Positions 46,831-60,249 of a stretch of DNA of 64,000 nt are shown one piece after another. This DNA comes from Hemiscyllium ocellatum (taxonomy: Eukaryota). How positions within the stretch are numbered: the first letter of the stretch is position 1; each line of letters starts with the position of its first letter. The stretch covers positions 7,626,001 through 7,690,000 of the forward strand of contig NC_083406.1 in the NCBI RefSeq assembly GCF_020745735.1. The letters run 5' to 3'. The notes beneath the pieces were generated by a model. It saw only the letters and a list, made by a program, of their open reading frames with translations. It was not told the origin of the DNA and made no database searches. A program made the position numbers and the translations under genes.

Positions 46831-47974
46831 CAGTTAGACCACCAACAGTATCTGTGCTGCTTTTGGTGAAGAACAGTTTTCACAGCTTCTATATTCACCA
46901 CAAGAAACAATTTGACATTTTCAGGCTCTGTACATGCTCAAGTAAATAAACCTCTAATCAGGAAATCTTGCCAGATACTAATTACCCTCCACACTGTTTT
47001 GCAAAAAGCCTAGAAATCAAAGTAAATCTTCACGTACTTCTGGCATAGTTTTCAAACAGTAATTTGTTGACAGTTACATGTGTACCCCTTTCAGCAGCTG
47101 CAGATGTAATTGGATGTGAAAAGACAATTTTAAAATATTCAGTCTGAAACACCTCTTAAAAACTTGTATATTATTCCCCTCTTAAATTCCCTCGTGAGAA
47201 GTAACCTGGGCAACTGGAAACAACAAGGATAGCTAATAAGTCACAGAGGTTACTCTTGTTTACTTATTAGACATATTTGAATGATTAATGAGTTGTACAC
47301 AATGAGTTAAAAGGAGTTCCTCGACTGCTGTACAGAAGTATAGCACGTTCAGCTTTAGATTTCTTCCTTGGAATTTACATACTGTGCAAAAAGCAAGGGA
47401 GGCTAAAAAAAAACTCTGCTGTGCTAACACAACCGAAATTATAACCATGAAACTCCCAGGGGAGATAGGGGAAGACGGGCATCCCTTCTTTGCTCACCCA
47501 CCCCCTTGGATAGTCACAGTAAAGTTCATGTGGAACAGGATTCCTTCCCCTCAGGCCAGATTCAATTATATTTTAAAAGAAATCAATTAAATCAGGATTT
47601 CTTGAGCCAAGAGAGTTCATTTAATATTGAACACAAAAATTAATAATAAACGCAACACACATACACACAGGATAGGACTAAGAAATGTAAACATTAATAG
47701 ATATATCGACGAGTCTCTGTGAATGGTGTGAAGAGTAAATGGTGGAACATTGATCATTGCTGTTGGGATTCTTGGCTTGAGTTAATCAAAATCATTGTCT
47801 TCTTTGTGGTGGATGGTTCACAGTATTTGGAGTGAGACAGTTTTTCTGTTTGCTGTTAGCTATTGTCCTGTTAGTTTGCTGGCTCCGAGCACTCAATGAG
47901 AATCCTTTTATTGATAGCAAAATGGATGGCTCATCTTTGATTGTGACCTTCCCTGATACAGGGAGCATTTGTTA

Positions 47975-48450
47975 AATTTGAAAAGGTGCAGAAAAGATTT
48001 GCAAGGATGTTGCCAAGACTGGGGAGGTTGAGCTATAGAGAAAGGTTGAACAGGCTGAGGCTTTTATCCCTGGACCGTCAGAGGCTGAAGGGTGACCTTA
48101 TAGAGCTTTATAAGATCATGAGATTCATGCACAGAATGAATAGCCAAGGTCTTTTCCCCAGGGTGGGGCTGTCCAAAACTAGACAGCATAGGTTTGAAGT
48201 GAGAGAAGATTTAAAAGGGACCAGAGAGGCAATTTTTTCACCCAGAAGGTGGTGCTTGTATGGAATGAGCCACCAGAGGAAGTGGTGGAGGCTGGCACAA
48301 TTATAACGTTTAAAAGGCAGCTGAATGAGTACTTGAATAGCAAGATTTTAGAGGGGTACGGGCCAAATGCAGGCAAATGGGACTAGTTCAGTTAAGTATA
48401 CCAGGTCAGCACAGACAGCTCTGTGTCCATGTCGTATAACTCCATAATAC
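47975..48450 (+). mobile_element. CR1 LINE 3' fragment
   Basis: QKRFARMLP..LSYRERLNRL.L.SL..QRLKGDLIELYKIM. Confidence 0.88.
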
Positions 48451-48470
48451 ATTTACACCTTATTCTCTTA

Positions 48471-48666
48471 CCTGTAAATGTGTTGCTGGAAAAGCACAGC
48501 AGGTCAGGCAGCATCCAAGGAGCAGGAGAATTGACGTTTCCTGAAGAAGGGCTCATGCCCAAAACGGTCGATTCTCCTGCTCCTTGGATACTGCCTGACC
48601 TGCTGCGCTTTTCCAGCAACACATTTTCAGCTCTGATCTCCAGCATCAGCAGTCCTCATTTTCACT
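48471..48666. mobile_element. family-A inverted cassette
   Basis: Inverted arms; 11-bp TSD TTATTCTCTTA (48460-48470, 48667-48677). Confidence 0.85.
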
Positions 48667-48677
48667 TTATTCTCTTA

Positions 48678-48765
48678 GCAAGATATGTGGCTCAGGTTGA
48701 GGTTCTGGATATAGGTTTGCTCACTGAGCAGGAAGGTTCATGAAATGAACCAATCTACATCCAGA
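48678..48765. mobile_element. family-D terminal fragment
   Basis: GCTCAGGTTGAGGTTCTGGATATAGGTTTGCTCACTGAG matches 33693-33731. Confidence 0.6.
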
Positions 48766-49131
48766 TCCTTATTCTCTTCACTGAGATGACATTGTTTTAT
48801 GATATTCATGACAGAAGCAATTCTTTTTCCGGTGATCAGGATTATCTATCAAATAAGTCGCTTTACAGTCCAACAATGGGCTACTGAATCTCGCTTCCAA
48901 ATCATCAGCCTGCAAAGCCAATATTTCCTCAGCCACTTGAAACATTCTTGCTACGTTCCTTGCTCCCAAGAGTCTTCTTAGAAAGATGGATATGTCCTTT
49001 GGCATGGAGGATTCACATAATTTTGTGTTCAGAAGGTTTTCCTCAGTTGATTTGAATGGATCTCTTATCTCAAGACTGCAAGTTAATTCAACTGGAGTAT
49101 ACCCAGGCAGCAAGTACTCAGAAATTTAATC

Positions 49132-50047
49132 TTGTGTCCCAATGATACGAAGTTAGGTGGACAGGCAGCTAGTACTGAGGAAGTGGGGAGGCTGCAGAAG
49201 GATCTAGACAGTTTGGGAGAGTGGTTCAGGAAATGGCTGATGAAATTCAATGTGAGGTCTTGCACTTTGGAAAAAAAGAATACAAGCCTGGACTACTTTC
49301 TAAACAGTGAGAAAGTTCATAAAGCAAAAGTACAAAGGGATCTGGGAGTGCTAGTCAAGGATTCTCTAAAGGTAAACATGCAGGTTGAATCCGTGATTAA
49401 GAAAGCAAATGCAATGTTGTCACTTATCTCAAGAGGGTTGGAATATAAAAGCAGCGATGCGCTGCTGAGCCTTTATAAAACTCTGGTTAGGCCCCATTTG
49501 GAGTACTGTGTCCAGTTTTGGGCCCCACACCTCAGGAGGGATATACTGGCACGGGAGCGTGTCCAGCAGAGATCCACACGGATGATCCCTGGAATGGCAG
49601 GTCTAACAAACGAGGAACGGCTGAGGATCCTGGGATTGTATTCATTGGAGTTTAGAAGGTGAAGGGGAGATCTAATAGAAACTTACAAGATAATACATGG
49701 CTTGGAAAGGGTGGACGCTAAGAAATTGTTTCCATTAGGCGAAAAAACTAGGACCCCTAGGCACAGCCTTAGAATTAGAGGGGGTAAATTGAGAACAGAA
49801 ATGCGGAGACATTTCTTCAGCCAGAGGGTGGTGGGCCTGTGGAATTCATGGTCACGGAGTGCAGTGGAGGCCGGGACGCTAAATGTCTTCAAGGCTGAGA
49901 TTGATAAATTCTTGATGTCACAAGGAATTAAGGGCTATAGGGAGAATGCTGGTAAGGGAGTTGAAATGCCCATCAGCCATGATTAAATGGCCGAGTGGAC
50001 TCGATGGGCCAAATGACCTACTTCCATTCCTATGTCTTATGGTCTTA
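49132..50047 (+). mobile_element. CR1 LINE 3' fragment (RT C-terminus + tail)
   Basis: NDTKLGG...LQKDLD...RDLGV...LVRPHLEYCVQFWAP...LGLYSLEFRR, FFSQRVVGLWNS; tail TCTTATGGTCTTA. Confidence 0.93.
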
Positions 50048-52769
50048 ATCCTCTGGGTATTTTTGACAAACACCTTAGTCATGGTTTTGGGTGTTGGATG
50101 GTATCTCTCCAAAGTTCTGAGTTTGTGGATAATATCCAGTTAACTTCAATTGCTTTTTAACAAACTGCTGATAATGTCTTGAAAAACATGAAGTTACAAT
50201 CTGGTCAAGGTTCTGTTTCAATTGGTAGGCCATAGTGAGCAATAAAAACAACTAGTTATTGTTACTGCTGCAACCTTAGCTGAAATCGTCATTAAAAGGT
50301 ATAGTTTCTGAAAACATATGGTTATATCCATAATTGTCAGGATTTGCTGATGTCCTGCTTTCCCTCAGTAATAATCTGACAAAATCTACTAACGCTGAGC
50401 TGAAAAATGTGCTATGGGTGTCAAAGGTGCCAGTTTAATTACGTCAATACTTTCTTACTACCTAACATGCTTTACAGAATTGCACTTCACAAAATTTTGG
50501 TTCCGTAAAATACCTATTTATCAATGCTTGTGTTTTCCATATTCCTACAATGTCCCAGTGTAGGAATTTGACATGCCACTCACAAATGTCTCCTTACAGT
50601 ACCTGGGTGGTGCCATTATTCAGTGAACAATCATCCATTCTTCATCTGCAGATCCTTGGGAGTCTCCAATTCCTTATTAGTTTTTACATGTAATGACATT
50701 CTGGGCTCACTGAGCCTGAACTTCAGAGTGAGCAGTCTGTGCTAACACATATAAATCTGGTTCTGCTTCTTAAGCCTCAATTAAGAAAACCATTCCCAAT
50801 ATTTCTTTTGAATTATCCTCATTCATAAAGAGGGCTTTGGCCACGTTAACATCTGCTGGTGATATTATTGTAATGTCCCTCTGGTGGTAGACAGTTTGTT
50901 CCTGTCACCACACAATGGAAAAATAACTGCTACCCATGTTTACAAACGGTTTGGTGTCTTTACTCAGAGTTGGACTTTGTAATTACAGATTAAGCTATAA
51001 ACTTTCAATCCAGTGAGAACATTCCCCTGAAATAAATCAACTCTGTCCACAGCTAAGTTCTTAACTACTCTGGCCACTGCTAGTCCAGACAAGATGTAAC
51101 TCTTCAGTTTGACTTTAATCCAACAGAACTGCAATATACTCTCCATTTATCAACACCTTGGCTTTCAATGCGGAGGGAAAGTTAAATTCTTCTTCAGCAA
51201 AGTAGCCTCTGAATATTTTTGTATAGTTATGGGTTTGGTTGCATCAATGGAAACAAAGATTATCATTAATTTAGACAAAAGCTTTAATCCCTCTCACCTA
51301 ACCAACTGTACCTACACTTACAGCAGCGTTCACCTTCAGTTTCTCTTACAGACAAAGCTACCATTTAATCCATGGTATTTCATTTTTATGTTCCCTTTTC
51401 AGATTCATTCTTCCAAATCCCAATGAATTCCATGGACTTACTTCACAATTTGCAGCATGTGTTTCACTTAGGTTTCCATGAAAACGTTTAGGTCGTCAAT
51501 TCTCACCTCCACCTTCAGGACTTTCCCTTCCCAACAGAGGGGCATTCTCAGCTGCACAAGTCACTTTCAAATTTATCACGGTGAGAGAAGAATGGTTCAA
51601 TTTTCTGAATCAGTTCGCAATCACCAGCCATTACTTCTGCACATCTAGTAGTTGCAACACTTTGCTATTCAACCTTGGCTCTCATCGCAGAAATGCTTCC
51701 AAGTCAGCCAGTCCTCATTATCTCAGCAAAGCTGGAGTAACCACAGGCAGATTATCTTAAATTATGTCACCTGTGGGCCACAATTCCCAAAGACAATCCA
51801 AGACTCTGAGGCTAAACAAGGGGGTGGAGCGGATTTTCAATCACCTTGAGTTGTAAATATTTGCAAATACACAAAGCGATGCTACCTGTGTTTGATGATA
51901 TGTTAGAGGGAGGCATGCTTTTCGTAATCCTGGATCACTTACAATCTCCACTATATTTGAGCAGCATGATTGATGCAAATTCCCCCGAACAACATCAACA
52001 ATGGCAAAGGTCCTTGTAAAAGGCATTCCAAGTCCTTCCTGCTCAGACCACGTATTCCACCATATTAAGAACCACACTAAACTCTTAGTGGTGATCCATG
52101 CAGATTCTGAAAGGTCACATTACTGAAGGGATCGTTTTGTTTTCTGATATTTCCCACACAGGTTCATTGAGGACCGTAACTAATGGCTCAAGCCACAGCA
52201 GAGGTTATTGTCACTGTGGTCAGGATGCAGGGAAGGCCTAAAGAAATCACTGAAGATCAAGTACAATCAATCAGCAACCCCAGGAGCAGCATGAACAGCC
52301 TCAACATGAAGAAATCGCTGCTGATGATCCGTTCATGAAGTGGTGGCAGAGGAGGCCTAGTATAGATGAGTGAAGTGCATTGCGACCACAGCCTGAAGAA
52401 TTCCTGGGACATTGTTACAAAGCTGTCATCTGCTGCAGCAAGGCATGCTGGGTTACCACACACTCCCATTGCTATCAAAGGTGAGAGCTGTAACTATAGG
52501 TAATGGCTGTTTCCAAGGACACACTGGGCACGTGTATCAGCTCTCTCAAACATCAAGTCCCAGAAATGTCAGATCAGATTGTTGTATCTCGTTTCCCCAG
52601 GACAAGTGCAGTACTGTAGCCCAGGAGCGAGCTGGTTTCTCCCAGAGCAAAGCTTAGAAAATACTATTTTATAACCTGCCTGAAAAGAGTTTCAGTCTAT
52701 CACTTTACATCACTACCACGTCACAGGTCTGCAGCATAGAGCTTGGAACCCACCCAGATGCCTATATCC

Positions 52770-53188
52770 TTGAGTGTCATGAACACAGCTCAGTCCATCA
52801 CACAAACCAGCCTCCCATCCACTGATTCCATCTACACTTCCCACTGCCTCAGGAAAGCAGCCAACATCATCAACAACCCCTCCCAGCTTATACTCTCTTT
52901 CACCCTCTTTCATAAGGCTGAAGATACAAAACTTTGTACACACATATGAATAAATTCAAGAACAGCTTCCTTCCTGCTGTTATCAGACTTTTGAAGAGAC
53001 CTCTCAAATATTAATGTTGATCTCTCTCTCTCTCTCTCTGTATGCACCATTTCTGCAGGTGAAAGACTATATTCTGCACTCTGTTCTGCTACCCTGATAT
53101 ACTTTTTATCGTTCGATCTGCCTGTAGAGCACACATACAACACTTTTCATTGTATTTCAGCATATGTGACAACGATGAATCAAATCAT
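52770..53188 (+). mobile_element. Rex1/Babar LINE 3' fragment
   Basis: AQSITQTSLPSTDSIYTSHCLRKAANII; same 3' tail. Confidence 0.8.
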
Positions 53189-53828
53189 TTTAAGGGTGGG
53201 ATGACTTACAAGGTTGGTTAGTGGGACACAAGGGCTACTCTCTGCAACCATGGTCGATGACTTCAATACACAACCCCCCACAATGGACTGAGGCCAAGTG
53301 TAGATACAATACAGCCTAGTCTTCCACCAGGCCCACTATGGAGAAGTTGATATGCTACACGTTGAGAACATGCTGATGTTTGGATCAGCCTCAGTGGGTG
53401 GGGGGGTGGAAGGGAAACTCGCAGTAAAGTCCAGGAGAATGCATGTCGCATAATCCTTTTATTTGTGCACAACTGGAGTAAGCAAAGGGAAGGGTGTGAT
53501 GGATGTTGAAGTGCTGGGAGAACAGCTTCCAAGGAGGAAGATGAGGACATTGATCAGGAAGAACATCACCTTCACCATGACAGTGTGGTGCAGAGCAATG
53601 CATCAAAACCAGGTAGGACTTCACTGATGCCTGGTTCCTATTGATCAGAATTAAATGATCAGTTATTGACTGTAAGTTATAGCATCAAAAAGCAAGTAGC
53701 CCCTGTTCATTCCTACAAACAAATGAAGGGTTTTTCCCCCTGTTTTTAATAGAAGTTAACACTTTCAGCTTTTGTAAGCTTTGAAAGACAATGCTCCCGC
53801 ATTGAACAACTAGGCCTTACATAATAGT

Positions 53829-54166
53829 CATGATGTGGAGGAGCTGGTGTTGGACTGGAGTGGACAAGAGTTAAAAATCACACAACACCAGGTTATAGTC
53901 CAACAGGTTTAATTGGGAGTACTAGCTTTCAGAGTGCTGTTTCTTCATCAGGTAACTAGGGGGCAGCATCATAAGTCACAGAATTTATAATAAAAGATTT
54001 ATAATGTTTTGGATGTACTTGCTTTCGGAGTGCTATGATCTTTTGCTATAAATTCTGTGTCTTATGATCCTGCCCCACTAGTTACCTGATGAAGGAGCAG
54101 CGCTCCAAAGGCTAGTACTCCCAAATAAACCTGTTGGACAATAACCTGGTGTTGTGTGATTTTTAA
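53829..54166. mobile_element. family-B PLE-type inverted cassette
   Basis: Arms ~53870-53995 and ~54040-54166 are inverted; hammerhead-like CTGATGAAGGAGCAGCGCTCC(C/G)AAAGCTAG; 13-bp degenerate TSD CTTACATAATAGT/CTTACATTATCGT. Confidence 0.82.
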
Positions 54167-55154
54167 CTTACATTATCGTGGGTGTGAAGGAAAGAGTAGC
54201 ATTCTCTGAGACAAGGTTCGAATATAGTTTGGCAATGAGCACAGCGGAGCTGGATCTTTTAGCTGTAATTATGACAGTCAGAAAACCAGGTGATTAATGT
54301 AAGGTAATAAAAATACATTTACAAGTGTGAACTTCTGTTCGCAATAAAGTGTCACTTGAGCCCTCAGTAGGTTTTCTCTTCTGTTACACTCAGACCATTT
54401 GCACTGGGAAAGGCCGCTTGTGGTTGTCAGCTTGTGCTGGTGCATAGCTAGGGTTTAAATCAGTGATGGAAGCCCAGGAAGTCCCTGCAGTGGTGAGTAA
54501 TACTGGCTAGCACAAGATAGAGCAAATGCAGCACTATAGACATGCAGTGCATACATAATGAGGTGAGCAGCAGAGAACTAAGACAACATGCTCCAGCTCA
54601 TGGAGAGAAACCCACCACAAAACTCCCAGAGATGGATACCTGTTGATTTTTGGTAAAATTCAGCTCATTATGCTTAATCCTTCTTCATAAACAGTCAGTA
54701 TTGATGAGAAGATAATGCACCCATAAATTAATTAAAACATTATTAATGGAGATGCTTAAGAATTTCCCATTACATTTATAAAAGAATAACTGGAATGGGA
54801 TATAGTGCATAAATTAATTTACTCAACCACTGCTCCATCCTGACAGCGAATCATTAATCTTATTCCTTACTAATCAATGAATCTAATTTAAGACTTTACC
54901 AGATGATACCATAAAGCATTGCTCAGGGAACTTGCTGATTCACTTGTACTTTAGGTTAAAGCCCAGCTCTAAACAAATTACATAATTCTGAAAGGAAGAC
55001 AGATAGAGCAGTATTCCAGCTCAAACAGGAACATTAATCAAGAGCAGTAGCCCATTCAATCACTCAAGTCTGTTCTACCATTTAAACAGCTTGTATCTTA
55101 CCTGCACTCGAATCACTCTTCCTTGTTATAGATTTGAAATTGCTTCAGAATTCA

Positions 55155-55455
55155 CATTTCATACAATCTACAATGTGGAAGCGAAGCGCATCCCACCTCC
55201 CCCACCCTATCCCTGCATTTCCCATGGCTAATTCACCTCGTCTACACATCCCTGAACACTACGGGCAATTTAGCATGGCCTATTCACCTAACCTGCACAT
55301 CTTTAGACTGCGGGAGGAAACCGGAGCACCTGGAGGAAACCCTTGTAGCCAAAGAGGAAAATGTCTTTGTTCAGTTTGCACTGTCACGCAAGGGTAGGAT
55401 TGAACTCAAGTCCCTGGTGCTGTGAGGCAGCAGTGCTGAGCCACTGTGGCACCCT
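55155..55455 (-). mobile_element. HE1-type SINE
   Basis: Reverse complement of SINE head and core. Confidence 0.8.
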
Positions 55456-55851
55456 ATTTGGGGGAAAAGAGACTTCTTAATTTCTGATTGACTCTTTGTT
55501 TATAAAAGAAATTCCTGATTTTGTTTACTTGATAAGTTTACACTCCGCCTCCGCCACCAAGAGAAATAATTTCTGCCTACTTTAACATTTTAAACCGAGC
55601 AATGTGCCCTGACATCAGTGGGATCCAAAAAAAAATCAGGTCATATCCCTGCAGCTAAAAGCACTAATGGCAAATGACTCTGGGTTACAGAGACAGAGTG
55701 GCCACTGGCCCCTGCAAATTGTGAAATTCTGCAGCAAGCTAAAATTTACCCCAAAACATTGGAATTGTTGTTAACACAAGTGGAAGGATCACAGGGCTTG
55801 TGAAGCACCAACTAGTAGTGGAGGCATGCAATAATAGGTCTCTCCCATAAT

Positions 55852-56068
55852 AGGAAGAAAGTGAGGGCTGCAGATGCTGGAAATTAGAGTCAAATAGTGT
55901 GGTGCTGGAAAAGCACAGCCAGTCAGGCAGCATCCGAGGAGCGGAAGAATCGACGTTTCAGTCATGAGCTCTTTGTCAGGAAGATGAAGAGCTTATGCTC
56001 GAAACGTCAACTCTCCTGCTCCTCGGATGCTGCCTGACCGGCTGTGCTTTTACCACACTCTTCCACTC
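55852..56068. mobile_element. family-A inverted cassette
   Basis: Inverted arms around ~55980; degenerate TSD TCCCATAATA/TCCCACAACA. Confidence 0.8.
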
Positions 56069-56877
56069 TGTCCCACAACAGCATGGTTCAAATAAGAGAA
56101 AGGATAACATTGATCTTGTGCATCGCCATCACAATAGCAAAAATCTAGCAAGTGCAAAGAAACACTCTACCGAGTCATACAACATTCTCTTGACTGTTAC
56201 TTTAGACAAGTTATTAAACCATTTAAAAATCAGTGGATGTGGATACCTACATTAAAATTGCAGATTGACATTGGTCTCAGAAATTGGACCTGAAAAAATG
56301 CAGAAGCATAGTAATTTGGCAATGGAATAGCTGATCTGGGCAGACGTTGGTTGCACTGCTAAATTAGTGGGGTTCTTTATTGTTGTGTCTGGGGCAGGTG
56401 GAGGGTAGGTCCCTTCAGTATGAAAACAAGATGTCTATTCGAAGGAGTGTATCTAGATATTATGTTGATTCTTTGGCAGCAGCTGCCCATTAGAGAAAAA
56501 GAAAATCCCTGCTGTGGAGCAGGAGTTCTGTGACTTCACAATTATATACATTTTGTTAAGCATGCCCCAACCTCCCCAGATTAATCCACATTTCTCCCTG
56601 GAGGTGTGCCCTTTTCCCCAGCACTGTGCTGACATATTACTCAAGGTGCATTGTCCAGAAGTGTGCGTGTGTGTGTCTGTGTGCCGTGAGAGTGTAATGG
56701 GGGCATGAGGTAGGGGTGGGGGTGGGGGCAAGCTCGTCATGTTGATGTCACTGGAGAAGCCATCCAGAATCCGGGCTAATATTGTGGGTGCATGGATGCA
56801 AGTCTCGGCACGGTAGATGAATTGAATAAAAAAACTGGAATAATAGTCTGATCTAATGGTGACTGTATAAGTACTTA

Positions 56878-57200
56878 ACAAGTTTTGAGAAGATTTGTAG
56901 CTCAGGTTGATGAGAAGCCTGTAAGTTAGCTCTCTGAACTGCAAGGTTTGTTTTCAGATATTTTGTCACAATGACGAGGCAACATCATCAGTGAGTGTCT
57001 CTGGTGAAGTGCTGGTGGTATGTCCCGCCTTATAGGTCTTGGTTTCTTTAGGTGGGTGATGTCATTTCCGTTTTTGTTCCCCAAGGGAAGGTAGATGAGA
57101 TCCAAGTTGATGTGTTTTTTGGAGTTCTGATTAGAATGCCATGCCTCCAAGAATTCTCATGCATGTCTCTGTTTTGCCTGTCCTAGGTTGTGTATGTTGT
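56878..57200 (-). mobile_element. family-D Penelope-like 3' fragment
   Basis: ORF 56926-57150 (L)EAWHSNQNSKKHINLDLIYLPLGNKNGNDI is homologous to the 33.9-kb spacer; same terminus GATTTGTAGCTCAGGTTGA; decayed CUGAUGA hammerhead. Confidence 0.8.
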
Positions 57201-57404
57201 CCTTCTTTGTATGTATGTGTGGAAACTAGTGTTAGTGTGTAACCACGATAGATTTAGCAGATGTGTTTTTAACAGCAATGTATTTTAGGGAAGGAAATCA
57301 GTAGCCTGTAACTAGAAATGGGCAATAAAATGGACTCAACCAGCAATGTACACATCCCATGAGTGAATAAAAAATATGATTGAGCCAGCATTTGTCAAGC
57401 TGAA

Positions 57405-57671
57405 CTGAAGATGTGTTGCTGAAAAAGCGCAGCAGGTCATGCAGCATCCAGGGAACAGGAGATTCGATGTTTCGGGCATAAGCCCTTCTTCAGGAAAGTT
57501 CTGAAAGCCCTTCTTCAGCTAAACGCCAGTGCGCGGACACCTCCTCCTACTGCCCCGTTGACCATGACCCCACCTCCCACCACCAAAATCTCCTGTTCCC
57601 TGGATGCTGCCTGACCTGCTGTGCTTTTTCAGCTCTGATCTCCAGCATCTGCAGACCTCACTTTCTCCTCC
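57405..57671. mobile_element. family-A inverted cassette containing a PLE ORF scrap
   Basis: 14-bp TSD TTTGTCAAGCTGAA (57391-57404, 57672-57685); internal 57521-57587 translates KRQCADTSSYCPVDHDPTSHHQ; hammerhead core on minus strand at 57466-57493. Confidence 0.85.
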
Positions 57672-59339
57672 TTTGTCAAGCTGAAACCAGACATCATCTC
57701 TTTTATGTTAATCCTATAGATAATAAAGCCTAGTGCCTCCTCATAACATTTGAACGATCTCTTAGTTGTCATCATTTCGAAAGTTTTATAATTTTCTGTC
57801 CAAAGTGGTGATCTTACATTTGATATATTGATTTCAATTTGCCATCACTTTACCCATTCATTTAATCCACAATAATTAGTTTGTAATCTTGTGTTTCCAA
57901 GAGTACCGCTTATAATACTACCTTTGTATCATCAGCAAATGTGCATTTTACAGCTTTATATTGCATCTTTTAATTTATTAATGAATAACTAATATTGGAG
58001 AACAAAATCAAGTATTTTGTGGGACACCACATGAAATTTTGCCAATTGGAGTCACTGCCCATTATCCAGTTCTATTTCCTATTGTTAAACCAGTATTCTA
58101 AACAGTTCAATTATCTATCTTCAATTCCAGGAGCTTCAATCTTACCCAACAGTCTCTGATTAAATTTCTCCCAGTGATCCATATAAACAGCATCCATTGA
58201 CATTCCCTATCCACTACTTCAGTCAGCTTTTCAAAACCGTCACAACATGACGTGCCTGTTACAAATCCACACTGGCTCTTTTGGATTACTGTTCATTTCA
58301 TGGATTCCCAGAATCTGGGGGGTCACTAACAAGTTCTCTAACATTGATCACCCAGGCTGTGGTGAGCCACGTTCTTGAACTGCTGCTGTGCATGCAGTCC
58401 ATTTGGTACTCAGGCTGCTGTTGGGAACAAGGCCCAGGACTTTGAGCCAGCAACAATGAAATGGCAACGAGATATTTCCAAATCAGATAGTTTATGATAG
58501 GGAGGGAAATATTCAGGTGAGCAGAGTTCCTCAGTACCTGCTACTCTGTTCTTAAATGTGTTCAATCACCCTACCCTTCATTACGAACTTCAGCAATTCT
58601 GCAAACAATACATTTTAAGTTAACCAATCTATAATTCCTTAGTTACTCTTTGTCACCTTTGTAAAATTCCACATATCACTGTGCTACTAAAGAAAGCTTC
58701 TAAATTAAGAGAATTTTGGAAGATTATAGTCAGGGCACTACAATGTTCTCATCTACCACCATCCTGCCCTCTGTATTTTGACACTCTTTAGGATTATTAC
58801 TTTTATTCATTAGGATAATTTTGCTTACATCGGTTTGGAACGTTTCTGTTCTGATTTAATATGATTTTTCTTATGATGTTGAACATACTAAATTCTTCCT
58901 CCCCTCGAAATATTAACACTAAGTAATTATTCAGCAGGCGGAATCTTATAGTGAGGCCCATCTTGACAGTTGAAGCATCTTTCTAACAAGTGGTATGGCG
59001 AGTTTCTCCCACAGCAGTGAGCTGCCATTTAAGGGGGATTGTTGCATGTTAAATATCTCGATAGCGGCCCATCATGCTTCATCAATGTTCAGCCTTCTCT
59101 CTTACTTTCCAAACAAGCTAAAGGCCAAGACAAGTCATTATGGAACCCAGAGTGCGTACCTGGTGAATTCAGCCCACCGTTCACTCCAAGGGACTTCCAT
59201 TTTGGATACCAGGCAGCAACATCGCAGGGCACACTCCATGGGCACTGGCCACACAAACCCACAGCAACAGACAATGGCATTCGATATGTGGCATCCTCTC
59301 AGAACCTTCATGACACATCTCTTGGTTGAACTCATCTGC

Positions 59340-59720
59340 ACTAATCAGACAGCCCAATCTGACATAGCCTCATTTGCCAGCACTTGTTTCAAATTCCTCT
59401 AAACCCTTCCTAATCATGTATCCACCCAGGTGCCTTTTAAATGTTGTATTTGTACCAGCCACTTCCTCTAGCAGCTCATACACCGCCCTCTGTGCAAAGT
59501 CGCCGCCTCTCAGATCCCTTTTAAATCTTTCCCCTCTCACCCGAAACCTACTCCCTCTAGGTTTGGACTCCCCCACCCCAGGAAAAAGATCTTGGCTATT
59601 CATCTATCTGGTACGTTCATGATTTTACAAACCGGTATAAGGTCACACTTCAGCCTCCAACGTTCCAGGGAAAATAGTCCCACCCTATCGCTCAAACCCT
59701 CCAATCCCTGTAAATGTTTT
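59340..59720 (-). mobile_element. CR1 LINE 3' fragment
   Basis: SQDLFPGVGESKPRGSRFRVRGERFKRDLRG (ORF 59370-59603). Confidence 0.82.
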
Positions 59721-60249
59721 CTGCCCTCTTCAGTAAATATTTTTGTAATCTCTACAACAAGGATCCAGTTCGGTCAGACAGATACATCCAGTTTACGGAT
59801 TGGACTAGCCTGCATTTCCAGGCTCTTCAACACACACACACACACACTCGGGATTTGGATATAGAGCTCAATGAGCAGCCATGATCATACTAAATGATGG
59901 AGCAGGCCTGAGGTGGTTGAATGGCCTGCTCTTCAAGTCTATATTGCTATAAGTGCCCTTGATGGTCCCAAACCTCCATGTAAGCTGCCATTCTCTTGCT
60001 CAATTACTTTGACAACTGCTAAAGGCCACCTTTAAATCAATCTGAATTCTTTGCCACTGCTGACTTTAACCTTAAAGATACGATACAATGAAACAAAAGT
60101 ATTGTATTACTGAGTGTTCGTGGTGTGTAAAGAACTGTGATCCTGCACAGGACATTGAGAGACGGGAAACAGTAAGGACAAGCTGCCGATCTAACCTCGA
60201 TGTCTCAACCTGCCAGCAGGAAACTGAAACTTGGACTTCTGCCTGATTC

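Noticed and set aside
47438-47960. Possible minus-strand LTR fragment (also ~25577-26180)
   Set aside because: Ends and TSDs not identifiable.
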